From contig JYFJ02000746.1 of the NCBI GenBank assembly GCA_000934665.2, forward strand, positions 1-64,000: a DNA stretch of 64,000 nt, read 5' to 3'. The number at the start of each line of letters is the position of its first letter. Position 1 is the stretch's first letter. Both the position numbers and the translations under genes were made by a program. Of the stretch, positions 32,539 through 44,400 are shown piece by piece. The notes beneath the pieces were generated by a model. It ran no database searches and had not been told where the DNA came from. It saw nothing but the letters and a program-made list of their open reading frames with translations. Source of the stretch: Catajapyx aquilonaris (lineage: Eukaryota).

Positions 32539-32754
32539 TCAGCTGTAGGGTCATTGGCCAGCCAGCAACAGGAGCAGGAGCAGAAGAAGAAGGACGAAAA
32601 GAAGGATGAGAGGCGCAAGAAGTGAAGGAATAAAAGGTAGAGTGTACACGTAACTTAAAAAAAGCGTTGCTTAAAATTTGTGTTTCCCTATCCTTTTTTT
32701 GCTAAGGGATTAATAAAGCTCGGAGTAGGTAGTGCTGGGTACAATAATCACTTT

Positions 32755-33470
32755 TTAATTTATGAATGTGCTTGGTCCTGGGTCGACCTCGTCAGGCTTG
32801 AGGCCCTTGCGGCAGAAATTGAGAATGAAGTGCTTCTCCTTGTAATCTGCAGTGCGCAGGTAGCGGCCTGAGTCATGCTGGTATATACGATCAGTCTGCG
32901 GGTCGTAGAATCCATCGCCCGTGTCTCGGTGGTCCGGAAGCAGCGGCGGTGGCGGGTCGCGGTTGGAATGCAGGGAACATCCAGCAGGCTTGACCTCATC
33001 GAAGATCTCTTTGTAGAACCTGTGGGGTGAGAATTATTGTCAATATCAACAGCAATGCTTATGGATGCACAAGTTAAATACCGCCTGTCTCGTGGTATGC
33101 AGTAATTCCACTTCTTCGGGTTGTAGACCAGCCCATCGCTGAAGGTGTAGACTCCATCCATGTTTTTCCCGTCGATCCAGCTGCCTTCGAACTTGCCTCC
33201 GCCTGGGTAGGACAAGATCCCGTGTCCGTGGAAGCATCCGTCCTTCATCCCACCCCTGTACTGCACACCTGCGGGACACCCAAACATGTCAGTTGCCTCT
33301 GGCGATGTAACCCAAGCGTAACTGACAATACCTGTAGGCAGTGTGAAGGACCCATCATCTTCCATCCGCTCACCACGGAACAGTCCCCGGTACTCGCTTC
33401 CGGTACAGTAAGTCTCACTCTTCCGCTCCTCAGTACTGCTCACTTTTCCAGGGCCTTCGTTCGTCATCAT
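32755..33470 (-). CDS. MORN5: MORN5 copy D (3 exons, intact; closest to copy A)
   Basis: MMTNEGPGKVSS..TGSEYRGLFRGERME../GVQYRGGMKDGCFHGHG..DRR/FYKEIFDEVKPAG..TGDGFYDP..CRKGLKPDEVDPGPSTFIN-TAA after splicing both introns. Confidence 0.9.
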
Positions 33471-33699
33471 CTTTTAATAATTCTTCTGACCTGCAATGTG
33501 TGACATAATTTTGAAAATTTATCTCTAAGATTAGGAATAAACATGGCTTCCTACACATATGATTACTATAACCTGGACTATAGTCACATAACAATGGGGG
33601 CCGTTTTGAAAGAACTCGCACTGTTTTCTCACAAAAATTGGGCTCAAACCTGACCTGACCGGCCTAACACCTGCCCGGTGACCTCCTGACCCACCAGCC

Positions 33700-34170
33700 A
33701 TGCTTTGAGCCCTGTGACCCCAAAAATGAACCCATGTGGGTATAAATCTACTGCTTTTTCCTTTACCTGATTCAGAGAATTAACTTTTCATGACTCTTCC
33801 CACCGACGTCCAATTCTATTCTAAGTCGTTGTCACACTGTCATGACAACATCAACAGCAGTTTAATTACCCCAGTCTGCAGTGTGAACTGTGTTACATAA
33901 ACTCATGATCTCAATATGTTGGGCCAATAAGTAATCGTACCAGGGCGGCATGGTTTTAATATTTTTTGACCTCACTTTCCGCAGGGAGATGCTGGGGCCA
34001 CCCTTACTACAAGGATGCTGTTCGTAATCTCTCGAAGTTGTCAATCAGCGAGTTGCTTTCCTGCGCAGTACTTACCTGGTGTGGACCCACCGAGTGAGAC
34101 AGTCAGCTGCAGGGTCATTGGCCAACCAGCAGCAGGAGCAAGAGAAGGACGCAAAACGCAAGAAGCGAAG
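33700..34170 (+). pseudogene. Older COX15-5'/PSMD4 junction remnant (uninterrupted paralog of 24345-26600)
   Basis: ATGCTTTGAGCCCTGTGA..GTGGGTATAAA..GTCATGACAACATCAAC (COX15-derived), followed by PSMD4 exon 2/3-derived and last-exon-derived sequence. Confidence 0.82.
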
Positions 34171-34303
34171 GAATAAAAGGCGTACACGTAACTTCAAATT
34201 TTTTGTATTCATTGCCATATTTAGCATTACTTAAAATTTGGTTGTTTCCCTATCATTTATTGCAAAGGGCTTATTAAAGAGTAGTGGGAGCAATGTGCAG
34301 TTT

Positions 34304-35017
34304 TTAACTCCTGAATGTGGTTGGCCCTGGGTCGACCTCCTCAGGCTTGAGACCCCTGCGGAACTTGTTTAGTATGAAGAGCATCTCAGTCTTTTCTGCA
34401 GTGCGCAGGTACCGGCCTGAGTCATGCTGGTGAATACGATGTGTCTGTGGGTCGTAGTATCCATCGCATGTGTCTCGGTGGTCTGGTTGCAGTGGGGGTG
34501 GCGGGTTGCGATTGGACTGGAAGGAATGTCCAGCAGGTTGGACCTCATCCAATATCTCATTGTAGAAGCTGGATTTGTGGGAATAATGTGATATAAGAGC
34601 CACGTTGTCTAAAAATAATGCACAAGTTAATTACCGCCTGTCTGGTGGTATGCAGTAAAGCCACTTCTTTGGCTTGTAGACCAGTCCATCGTTGAAGGTG
34701 TAGACGCCATCCGTGTGTTTTCCGTCGATCCAGTTTCCTTCGTACTTGCATCCGCTTGGATAGTGCAATACTCCATGTCCATGGAAGCATCCGTCCTTCA
34801 TCCCACCCTTGTACTGCACACCTGCGGGACACCCCAAAGTATTAGTCGTCTCAAGCTGATGTATATCCAAGCGTAACATACCTGCAGATAGTGTGTACGA
34901 CCCCTCATCCTCCATCCGCCCACCACGGAAGTGTCCTTTGTACTCGCTTCCAGTGCAAAAAGTCTCACTACTATCCTCCTCATTACTTCTTAGTTTTGCA
35001 GGTCCTTCGCAGTACAT
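34304..35017 (-). CDS. MORN5: MORN5 copy E (3 exons, intact; closest to B and C; head-to-head with COX15)
   Basis: MYCEGPAKLRSNEEDSSETFCTGSEYKGHFRGGRMEDEG../GVQYKGGMKDGCFHGHG..DRR/FYNEILDEVQPAG..TFRS*. Confidence 0.9.
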
Positions 35018-35430
35018 CTTGTATAGTTTTAGTAGGACCTGAAATATTGTATGAACATTATCTAATCATCAAAGAATTATTTATTTTCATTTGGTCAACA
35101 TGCGGCAATGGTCACTTGGACACAGCACACTTCAACAACATTAATCTTAAAAAAATGGACAGGATAAACATAAGAACATGATCAAAAACCATCATTTTGT
35201 GATTTTTTTTTTGAAATTTCGGATCAAACATGGCAGCCTCCTGCGTTTGGACCAAACATGGCTGCCTACACCAAACCTGCACTAGCCACATGCAACACAG
35301 CAATGGCGGCCGCCTTGTGAGAAACCGCACGTTTTCCGCCTAAAACCGGGTCTAAACTGCGACCTGAATTGACCTTGGTGTGACCTGACCTGCTCAATAC
35401 TTGCGCTGCTGACCTCCTGACATACAAGCC
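35018..35430. promoter_or_regulatory. Probable bidirectional promoter between MORN5-E and COX15
   Basis: 413 bp between divergent ATGs. Contains ATGGCGGC (YY1-like) and clustered TGACCT half-sites. Related sequence lies upstream of copies A and D. Confidence 0.6.
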
Positions 35431-37125
35431 ATGCTTCGAGCCCTGTCCATGTGCCGGGCGACCCCAAAATGGGCCCACGTGGGTATAAAATTTGACTTTT
35501 GTTTTCAAAAAAAATTACCTGCTTTAATTATAGTTGTCCTTTCCTCTTCAAGCGGCCTCCGATTACTCAACAATTATTCCCTAGACGTGTCATGGCAACG
35601 TCAACAGCGTCGTCGTCAATGGCAGCAGCGACTGGAAGCAGGGTCGTCGGCTGGTGGTGGGCTGGATGCAGCGGGATGGTCTTTGGAGCGGTGGTCCTCG
35701 GAGGTGTCACCAGGCTCACAGAGTCCGGCTTGTCCATGGTCACCTGGAAGCTGTTCGGTGAGACTCCGCCGCACTCAAAAGTCGACTGGGAAGTTGAGTT
35801 TTACAAGTACCAGCAGTTTCCTGAGTTTAAGATGTGAGTTGTACGCCGCCTAATTATCCTGACATTGCCGTAACAAAGTGATTGAAAATTTGGCAGTAAA
35901 AACAAGGATATTACGCTGGATGAGTTCAAGCGGATCTGGTGGATGGAGTACCTTCACCGCACTTGGGGGAGGATGATTGGAGCTGTGTATTACCTCCCTG
36001 CTGCGTATTTATGGGCACGGGGATACTTTGACCGGAGAGGGAAGATACGAGTGTGCGTCGCAGGCGCTCTGCTTGCCTTTCAGGTGATGACGAGTAATTT
36101 GTCGTTAATCAGACAAAAAAAATGTATGGAATTTGACATTATTGCTAAAATCTGCACCATCAAACGTCGAAACTGCGAACCTATGGCATCAGAGTTAAAA
36201 CGGAAAATTGGCACTTCTTTTGGCTCTCCTGTAAGACGATAATGATGTTGAATTCGTCCTTTCGTCTGATCGACGACGAATTATTAATTTTTTTTTTGAA
36301 AATAATAATCTGGGTGGTTCATTTCGCATCGTTTGCTTGTAATTATTAGGGGTTGCTTGGTTGGTACATGGTTCGATCTGGTCTGGAGGACCGGTTCCAC
36401 GGCCCAAGTGACGTTCCTCGTGTGTCGCAGTACCGACTGGCTGCGCATCTCTCCTCAGCTTTCCTTCTCTACGGGATCACACTCTGGTCCGCACTTGACA
36501 TATTGCTGCCAGCTCAGGTAAGGGTTTCGTTTTCACCTGTCGTTTTACAATATACCGTTTCTTTCCATCTCAGGCAGCAACATCGACTGCAACCAGCAGA
36601 TTAGTCCGCAAGCTGGCCATGGGCAGCAAGGGCATGATCTTCCTCACAGCTCTGTCAGGTGCGTTTGTCGCTGGATTAGATGCAGGCCTGGTTTACAACT
36701 CGTTTCCAAAGATGGGCGACAGCTGGATCCCAGATGATGTGATAGCAATACAACCGGTTGTGCGGAACATCACTGAAAACCCATCCACCGTTCAGCTTGA
36801 CCACAGGCTCTTGGTTAGTAGCCAGTTGATCTCCCAATGCGGTTCATAGCAAGATGGATTCTATTGACAGGGAACTACCACGCTGGCTTTGATATCCGGA
36901 GTTTGGATTCTGTCTCGCCGGAGCCGCCTCCCTGGAAGAGCCTCCGTGGCCGTTAATGCGATGGCGGCAATGGCCTGGCTGCAAGTGTCATTAGGTATTG
37001 CAACTCTTCTCATGTACGTTCCGACCCCGCTGGCAGCCTCTCACCAATCGGGTTCCTTGGTCCTACTGTCACTTGCAATATGGCTCTCACATGAACTCAA
37101 ACTTCTCTCCAAGCTGCCCAAGTAA
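35431..37125 (+). CDS. COX15: Heme A synthase COX15, multi-exon
   Basis: Presequence-like [23 protein letters not shown].., then [88 protein letters not shown] and LAASHQ. Stop TAA at 37123-37125. Confidence 0.97.
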
Positions 37126-38054
37126 AATGTAAAATCCAAGGAGGTAAGAAAAATAATATATATGCTTTTCATACTTCTAAATCATCTCAATCTTTTTTAT
37201 TAACCTGTTCGGCAAATAACCCAAACGACAAAATTAAAACTTCTCCGGGGGGGAGGATAGGTCAGTACGAACGTTCTCATACCCTTATATAATTGTTACT
37301 ATCTTGTACATCCCTGCGTGCTTGACTGTGATGGTCTCCATTTATATATATATTTATATTTTTTGGGAATTTTTTTTTGTCTCTTTTTTAAATATCTCCG
37401 TTTTAAGTACACATACTCTATAGTTGGCATTTTTGTTATAACCACACACACAAACAGAAAAAAAAATTCAATTAACATCTTTGTTTTGTAACAACAGTGA
37501 GCATTTTTGTCTTAAATGTTTTTTTTTGTATATATATATATAGGGATTATGTACATTGTCTATTAAGTATGATAAAATTAATTTGTGGCACAAATGGGGG
37601 TTTTTTAAGGTGGGTCAACACACGGCAGTCCAGTCTTAATAAATTCCACAAGCTCTAGGTCAAATTCTTGCAACTATTACAGCCAAAAAAGATGATCCGA
37701 ATTAACCCATATTTTTGGGCGGCGGCGGAAAGTTACAAAATATTAACTAGCGGCTTGTGGTAAGTTAATACACTTGACTGGACCACCATGTATTTTTTCT
37801 TAAAAGGTGGGGTTTGGAACGGGGTAAAGGGAATTGGGGGGTCACATTCACACACGTGAACAATGCACACACTCACATGCGTGTGGTGAGCCAAACTGAC
37901 CAACCACCAGTGGGTATATTTTTATCACAGTTTTTTATCATATCCAAGTTGAGAGCTCACAACCGCAACGCCATCTTTGGTGGGGAAACAGTGGGGGGTG
38001 AGGTGGAAAGGAAGGGGGATTTCAGGAAGTTAAAACTGTGGGGGGTGAAAAGTC

Positions 38055-40892
38055 TCAGCTGTCGACTCTGGTGAGTCCGTCTGGATGATTGACGATGACC
38101 TGCACGACGTGGCCTGATGGTATCTTGGCATCCTCCAGCCGCAGTTTGTCCCCAAGCAGCTTACCACCGTAGAACCACCGTTGCCTGATGGCCTCCACTG
38201 ACTCTTGGCTCTGTTGAGACATCTTAAGCTCGCATTGTCAATACGACAACTCACACCTTAGGATGCGGACCACTTACCTGTAGCCTTCTCTTGGCAACTC
38301 CAACGGTGTCCGAGGAGAAGACGGGCAGTTTGTAGTCGTTGCCTGTGGTGGACAGACGGACCTTGAGCACCATCTCGGATCCAGTGGTACCGTCCACCGG
38401 CTCAGACCATTCTGCGGGGGAGTCCCTCCCCTCAGACTCCCGGATCATGTTAATCGGATAAGACAGGCAGTACACTGGGACCTGGTAACGGTTGCCCAGT
38501 TCATCGTAGCAATCAGTCAAGGAGCCTGGGAAGGAGTCGAGAGAGTGGTAGAAAAATGGTCACAACTAGTCGCGTTTCAAGCGATTTGATCAGAAATCGC
38601 CTTACATGTAAACGTGAGGTGACAATAACATTGCACATACCGGTGGGTAGTGAGACACTGGCTCCATCCAGGATGGCCTGTGCCAACTGGAAGTCCGAGG
38701 TCTCAGCAGCAATGGCAGCTGCCCTGAGGGCATCCCATATCTCCTTGCGTCCCTCGAAGGCTGGGGCTGTGTCCCAGAACTCATCACGTTTACTCCGAAG
38801 CTGCCCATCCGTCAGAGGTATGTCCGACTTCCAGCGGACACGCTCTTGCTTCAGTGGGTGGTTCTTTCCTACAAAACCGAGCAGAATTGTAATTGCACTT
38901 GATTTCACCCTCATTACTAGTTACGTATAACTAATTTAATATTTTTATGAACAGTTGATTCCGCAAATTCAGATTATAGCTCTACATTTTACAATTACTT
39001 CGAAGGGACATGTTGTGAGCAGGGTTTCTCACGCAAGAGTTGTCAAGATGCCATTTCCGTTCAAGCCTTCTAAAAGGTGATGCAGTTGTTATGACTCAAC
39101 AGGAGTGACCTGCAGATAAACATTATTCTGATGAGATGTCAACACATCCAGGATGAATAAGGACAGAAAACAAGGTCAGCGCACCACGGGCTTGACTCTT
39201 TTGTTTACAGAGTGACTGATGTGGAAATTCGGAATAGAGAGTTGACATTATGACGTGATGCAGAGCAGCATAATCAAAGATTCTGACTCCGCAGCAAATA
39301 TCTTTTTCTCCTAGTCAGTGCAGTTCATGTTTAACGATTAAGTTCATGCATCATACAATAGTTGAGTGTCTCGTCTATGATGCGGTGTATTACACTGCGG
39401 TGTGTTTCACTTCACGTTACAATTATTCATCGTCATGCATCACGGCTTTTTCCCCGAAAGACTGGAGTTGCCAGTGGATGGGGAGGATCTGGATATTTTG
39501 TGTTCTACAGTAACTCTGTACTGCTGTAGCTTCATGATAGTCGACCCCTGCTTAGCCTTTACAATAATTGCAGAACAAAGAGTTTCACTTTCAGGTGCGT
39601 CCATCGCTTTTTCTGACAATACAGCCAATCCTACCACAATTCCAGCCCTGCCTTTATCCCTATCTGATTATGTAAAACAACGACCTTGGTAAAAAAAAAA
39701 AAACGACGGCCTGACAACATTGCATTGTCTCGCATCATGTCAATATGATGAGCCCCAGCATGTGATCAGAATAGATTGGGAACCTACTTTCATCACGTGC
39801 TTCGGCTGCAACACCACAAAAAAAACCTACAGCCGCCCTCCAAATATGCAATCATCTGACGCAATCTGACAAATCGCACCATACCTAAATGAATCCAGCT
39901 TGCACGTAATTTACACCAGCCGCGTAAAAATTCAGCAACATTCACATAGGGTTAATAATTTTGATGGGGACTATTGTTCCTGCAGTCTGAGGTCCAGTAG
40001 GGGAATCTTGTGAATGTAATTCACGCAATTGTTACATACACATTGAACGTAATCCACGCCATTGTTACGCACAAATTGAATGTAACCCATGCAATTGTTA
40101 TGCACACATTGAATGTAACCCATGCAATTGTTATGTACTAATTGAATGCAAATCATGCAATTGTTACATACACATTGGATGTAATTCATCCGATTGTTAT
40201 GTACACATTGAATGTAGTACATCCAATTGTTACGTACACATTGAATGTGATTAATGCTATTGTTATGTATGCATTGAATGCGCATCATGCTATTGTTACG
40301 TACTCATTGAATGCGCATCATGCTATTGTTACGTACACATTGTAATTCATGCTATTGTTACACGTACATCCAAGTTTAAATCCACGTTTCATGTGAGCCA
40401 TTTATCAGCGATTTTGCAGCAATGTACAACGCTCAGCGAAAGTAGCAAACAATTGGTCTCATCGCTGAACTATATGTACATCGCCGATCAATCGCATGCA
40501 TGTAAAAGCGTCTAAAATCCTGTCTTTGCCGTCAAGGCAGGGCCAATATGTTCATAATACGTACGTAATATTGGCTGCAATTACCCAACCATATTGAAAC
40601 CACTGCTTGGTTCCAGGTTATTGACCTTCTTATGAAACGGGACAGTAAGTGTTCCATTATGTCGACCAATATGTGTCCACATTTTAAGTTGCTTCCAAGT
40701 GACCTTTGACCCCTCCCTAATCTGCCCCCACCTCTGCATCATCTTTTTCCGTGCAATAATTATTATTATCCGTGTGCAGCAGCATATGCGACACCACATA
40801 TTTTTACCTCCCCTGGAGCTGGTGGAGGCGTCTGAAGTGACGGCGCTTGTGGTGCTCCTCTCGCGCCGGATCCTCCCTACGCATCCTCCCAT
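38055..40892 (-). CDS. Ubiquitin domain-containing protein (UBTD1/UBTD2 family), 4 exons
   Basis: MGGC N-terminus (myristoylation/palmitoylation-like), [57 protein letters not shown], and a ubiquitin-like domain [24 protein letters not shown] at 38055-38057. Confidence 0.95.
40010..40362. repeat. 33-bp minisatellite, about 10 copies, in UBTD intron 1 (TGAATGTAA...CAATTGTTAYRYACACAT)
   Basis: Visible tandem units; they produce the 11-aa periodic ORF 39971-40288. Confidence 0.9.
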
Positions 40893-41401
40893 GCCGACGC
40901 TCCCGACGATCTCATCTCACGGGGGGAGGGGAAGAAGGGGGAAAGGACGGGGCCAGGCAGGCAGATGGGAGGCCCGACGAGATGTTCTCTCTTATTGTTC
41001 ACTGGATCGGCAGCCGAACGACCAGGAGAACATTCTCCCACGCCATCTTGGATCACGTGACGTCACTGATTAAAATCCCTCCCCACCACCCCCCTCCACT
41101 CCCCACCCTCCCATGTTCCCAACAAAAGAACCCTATTGGTGCAAAAGGCACATCCGAATTGGCTGCGAACCAATCACAGAAGCCACAAAAGCGTTATCAC
41201 CTCTCCAATTTCAGAGTGCCTTTTGCAACACTGGGGATTGTCACCAATAGTGCGTTTTACAACCGGATCACCCCCATTCAATATGACGTCACAATTTATC
41301 ACCATTAAAAAAAAACGAATCACTAATTTCCCCCCCACAAAAAAACGTCATTGTTCGTTTTTTTGTTGATGACGTCACAAGCACGGAACGGGCAAAAAAA
41401 G
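40893..41401. promoter_or_regulatory. Bidirectional promoter UBTD/MMS19
   Basis: 509 bp between divergent ATGs. Three TGACGTCA palindromes (41058-65, 41284-91, 41370-77), CACGTG overlapping the first, several CCAAT/ATTGG boxes, and YY1-like GCCATCTT (41042) and AAGATGGCGGC (at the MMS19 ATG). Confidence 0.75.
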
Positions 41402-44400
41402 ATGGCGGCGCCCATTGTTGCTGATGAGATCCAACGTGTGTTGTTGGAAGGAAACGACGCCGACGCCCAGCATTGTTGCGGGCTGCTGGCCAGACGTGAG
41501 TATAAAAAGGCCACAGGAGGGGGAAGAAAGAAAACTGGGGTGTCCAGTGGTAATAAAAGAATGGGGAAGCGCACTTTGACCCCATCTGAAGGAACAAAAA
41601 AAAAGGGGTTGTATGTCCACATATGGGGGCTTGAGATAACCGGACCCGTTCTGGAACCGGCCCACTTTTCATTTTTGAAATGTTGATATAAACCCACTTA
41701 ACAACCCTTTGAAGATTGCATGTGGCGGTTGTACACATTGTAGCCAGATAAGCGGACCCGTTCCAGTACCGGTCCACTTTTTAATTTGAAATGTTGATAA
41801 CCTATTGTACGACCCTTTGAAGATTGCATAAGGGGTGTCGTCCACATGGGAACTGGACCCGTTCAGGAACCGGCCCGCTTCTTATTTGAACTGTTGATAA
41901 CCTACTGAACGACCCGTATGAAGAAAGATACGGGGTGTTGTCCGCATGGGAACCGGAGGGCCCACTTTTTGTTGATCACGCATTGATCTCAATTGATTTT
42001 CAGGTGTGAGTGATGGCGAACCGTTGCTGCTCCAAGTTGTGGAGGCGTTGGGACCCAGTCTGACCTCGACTGATGCCAGTGTGCGTTCAAAGGGACTGAA
42101 ATTCCTGTCCGAACTGCTTGATCGCTTGGCATCAAATGTTTTAGAGGAGAAGGAGGTGCGGTTCCTGGCTGAGTTTTATGGCGATAGGCTCAAGGATAGC
42201 TCGCCTGCGATGGTGCCGCCGATACTGTTGGGTGCGAAGGCCTTGACTGGCATGGATAGGCTTCCAGGAGAGTTGCTGCCTAAGTTTCTGCGGGATTTGT
42301 TGATGGAGATACCGTGCCAGTCGCAGCCGCAGAAGGATCGCAGGATGATTTTTCAAGTGGTTCACAACTGCTGCTACAAGCATCTTGATGGTTAGTGGGT
42401 AACATATGAATTTGAGTGCTGATAATTTTATGTGACTTAATTATCTTTAGTCATGCTACCGATGGGCTCCACGTTTGTCACGAATGTCATCCAGACCATG
42501 GATGGAGAGAGGGATCCACGGAATCTTAATCTTATCTTCACCTTTGTCCCATTCTTGGTGGCTCATTTTCCTGTTGAAACCTTGGCGGAAGAGCTGTTTG
42601 AAGTTATTGCCTGTTACTTTCCAGTCTATTTCAATCAGGTAAGTGACAATACCTAATTTTTTTGTGCAACTAGAATTGACATCGCATTCTCTTTCAGCCT
42701 CAGAACAATCCAAATGGAATTACTCGTCAGGATTTGGTTGAAGGCCTTCATCGTGCTTTGGCATCAACGCCTCTGTTTGCACAATACCTGCTTCCGCTTG
42801 CTCTTGAAAAGCTGGACTCTGAGATAGTGGATGCTAAAACTGATGCCCTGGATGTTATGGTAATACATTACTTCCTAACGAACGTCGTCAACAGGCTATT
42901 TACGCCTTTTATTCCGGATATAAGTTGATATGCAAGGCATGCCTAAAATAGGTGCATCCATTTACAATTTTTCTAATAATTTGATCGCAGAAAAGGTGCT
43001 GTGCAGTGTACAGCCCGGAGCATTTCAAGCCTCATTTGAGTGCCATGTGGAGGAGCTTCAGGCGAGAGGTGCTTCTGGGCCAAAATGAGCAGGTGGCTCG
43101 ATCAATCAATGACACGCTTAAGGCTGTGGTGAAGGTGATTGCCATGGATCCGCAAGAAGAAGGGGAGGTTAGCACCATGGAGGAGTTCTTGGGAAGCGTA
43201 TTGAAAGGTAACACTCTGTACTTATTGACGTACATGTAGACCTAAACAATGTGTCGCTGGCAGAATGTCGGCACCATTTGGCAGCACCAGAACTAAGGTT
43301 GATGCATCCGGTTGCGAATGTGCTACAGGCTGCAGCTAAGGCGTGTGACACAGCCTACAGTTTCATCATGATGCAGGTAAGATCCATCTGAAAATGTCCG
43401 TTAAATACTTTAAAAAAAAAAGGAAGCGTCCTTCATGGCTGCGATTTGTGGGTCAGCTGGTTACAACTAACCCGAAATTATTTCTGCAGGTAGTACCTGT
43501 TCTTCTGGAGCAGTTCACGAAGCAGGAGGGCTGCAAGGAGAAGCTGACAGTATTATCCTTACTTACCTCATTCCTGAAAATCCAACAGGACCACTCCTTC
43601 TCCCCACTTCCGACAGACACGTTCATGCAGAAAGTTCCTTCAATCTACCTGAGTTCAGCCGCATCCCCAGACAATCAATTGCGTCTGGAAGCTACCCTTG
43701 GCTTATGGGTAATTATGAGCCAAATGAAGGGACCTGACGAAAGGAAGAATTTCTGGCTGCACTTGGTGCAAAGAGCAGTCGAAGAACCCATTCCAGACAT
43801 TCGGTGCGTTTTAATAAGCCCGAGGGTTGATTTGTACATGTGATTTTGATTTACGTCAAACTTTTGCAGTGAGTCGGCTGTGAGAGGATTGGAGATAATG
43901 GGTAGGAAATACCCGGAAGAAATTGTTTCAGAATCCATTCCGTTGTTCCTGGATGTAATTTCAAAAGGTGATGTAATGTTCGTGTAAGAAAATGGGCGAC
44001 ATTTTATACTTGTCATTATTTCTATACATTTTAAAGCACAAACCGTTCCAAGTACGCGATATTTGATCATTATATCAGATGTAAATTGTTGCCCAATTTC
44101 TCAATAATGCTAATTGACTTCAGCAGGCCAAATTTTGACACACCGTGGGGAAAACTGCCTCTCCGCACTGTCTCGAGTGTCGTCCATATTTCAAGTGGCT
44201 TCCGCAGTGGTGCCTTGCCTTATAGAGAGAATTCCTGAGGCGCCTGGACCAATCCTGAATTCTCTGGGAAACTTGGCTGAACAAGTGTCGTCAGTCGAAT
44301 CAGCAAGGGACACTCTCCTGTTCATGTATTGTGACTGCCAGCTGATTACCGTTTTACTTAGCACTTCAGTGAAGTGGGTTTTGGAAGGGACGGAAGATGC

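Noticed and set aside
32760..33470. 236-aa single ORF suggesting a MORN5 with a novel C-terminus
   Set aside because: Read-through of both introns. Splicing at the intact GT-AG sites restores the normal MORN5 last exon, ending at 32755.
39971..40345. Periodic Cys/Asn-rich ORFs (IQCVHNN repeats)
   Set aside because: By-product of a 33-bp intronic minisatellite.
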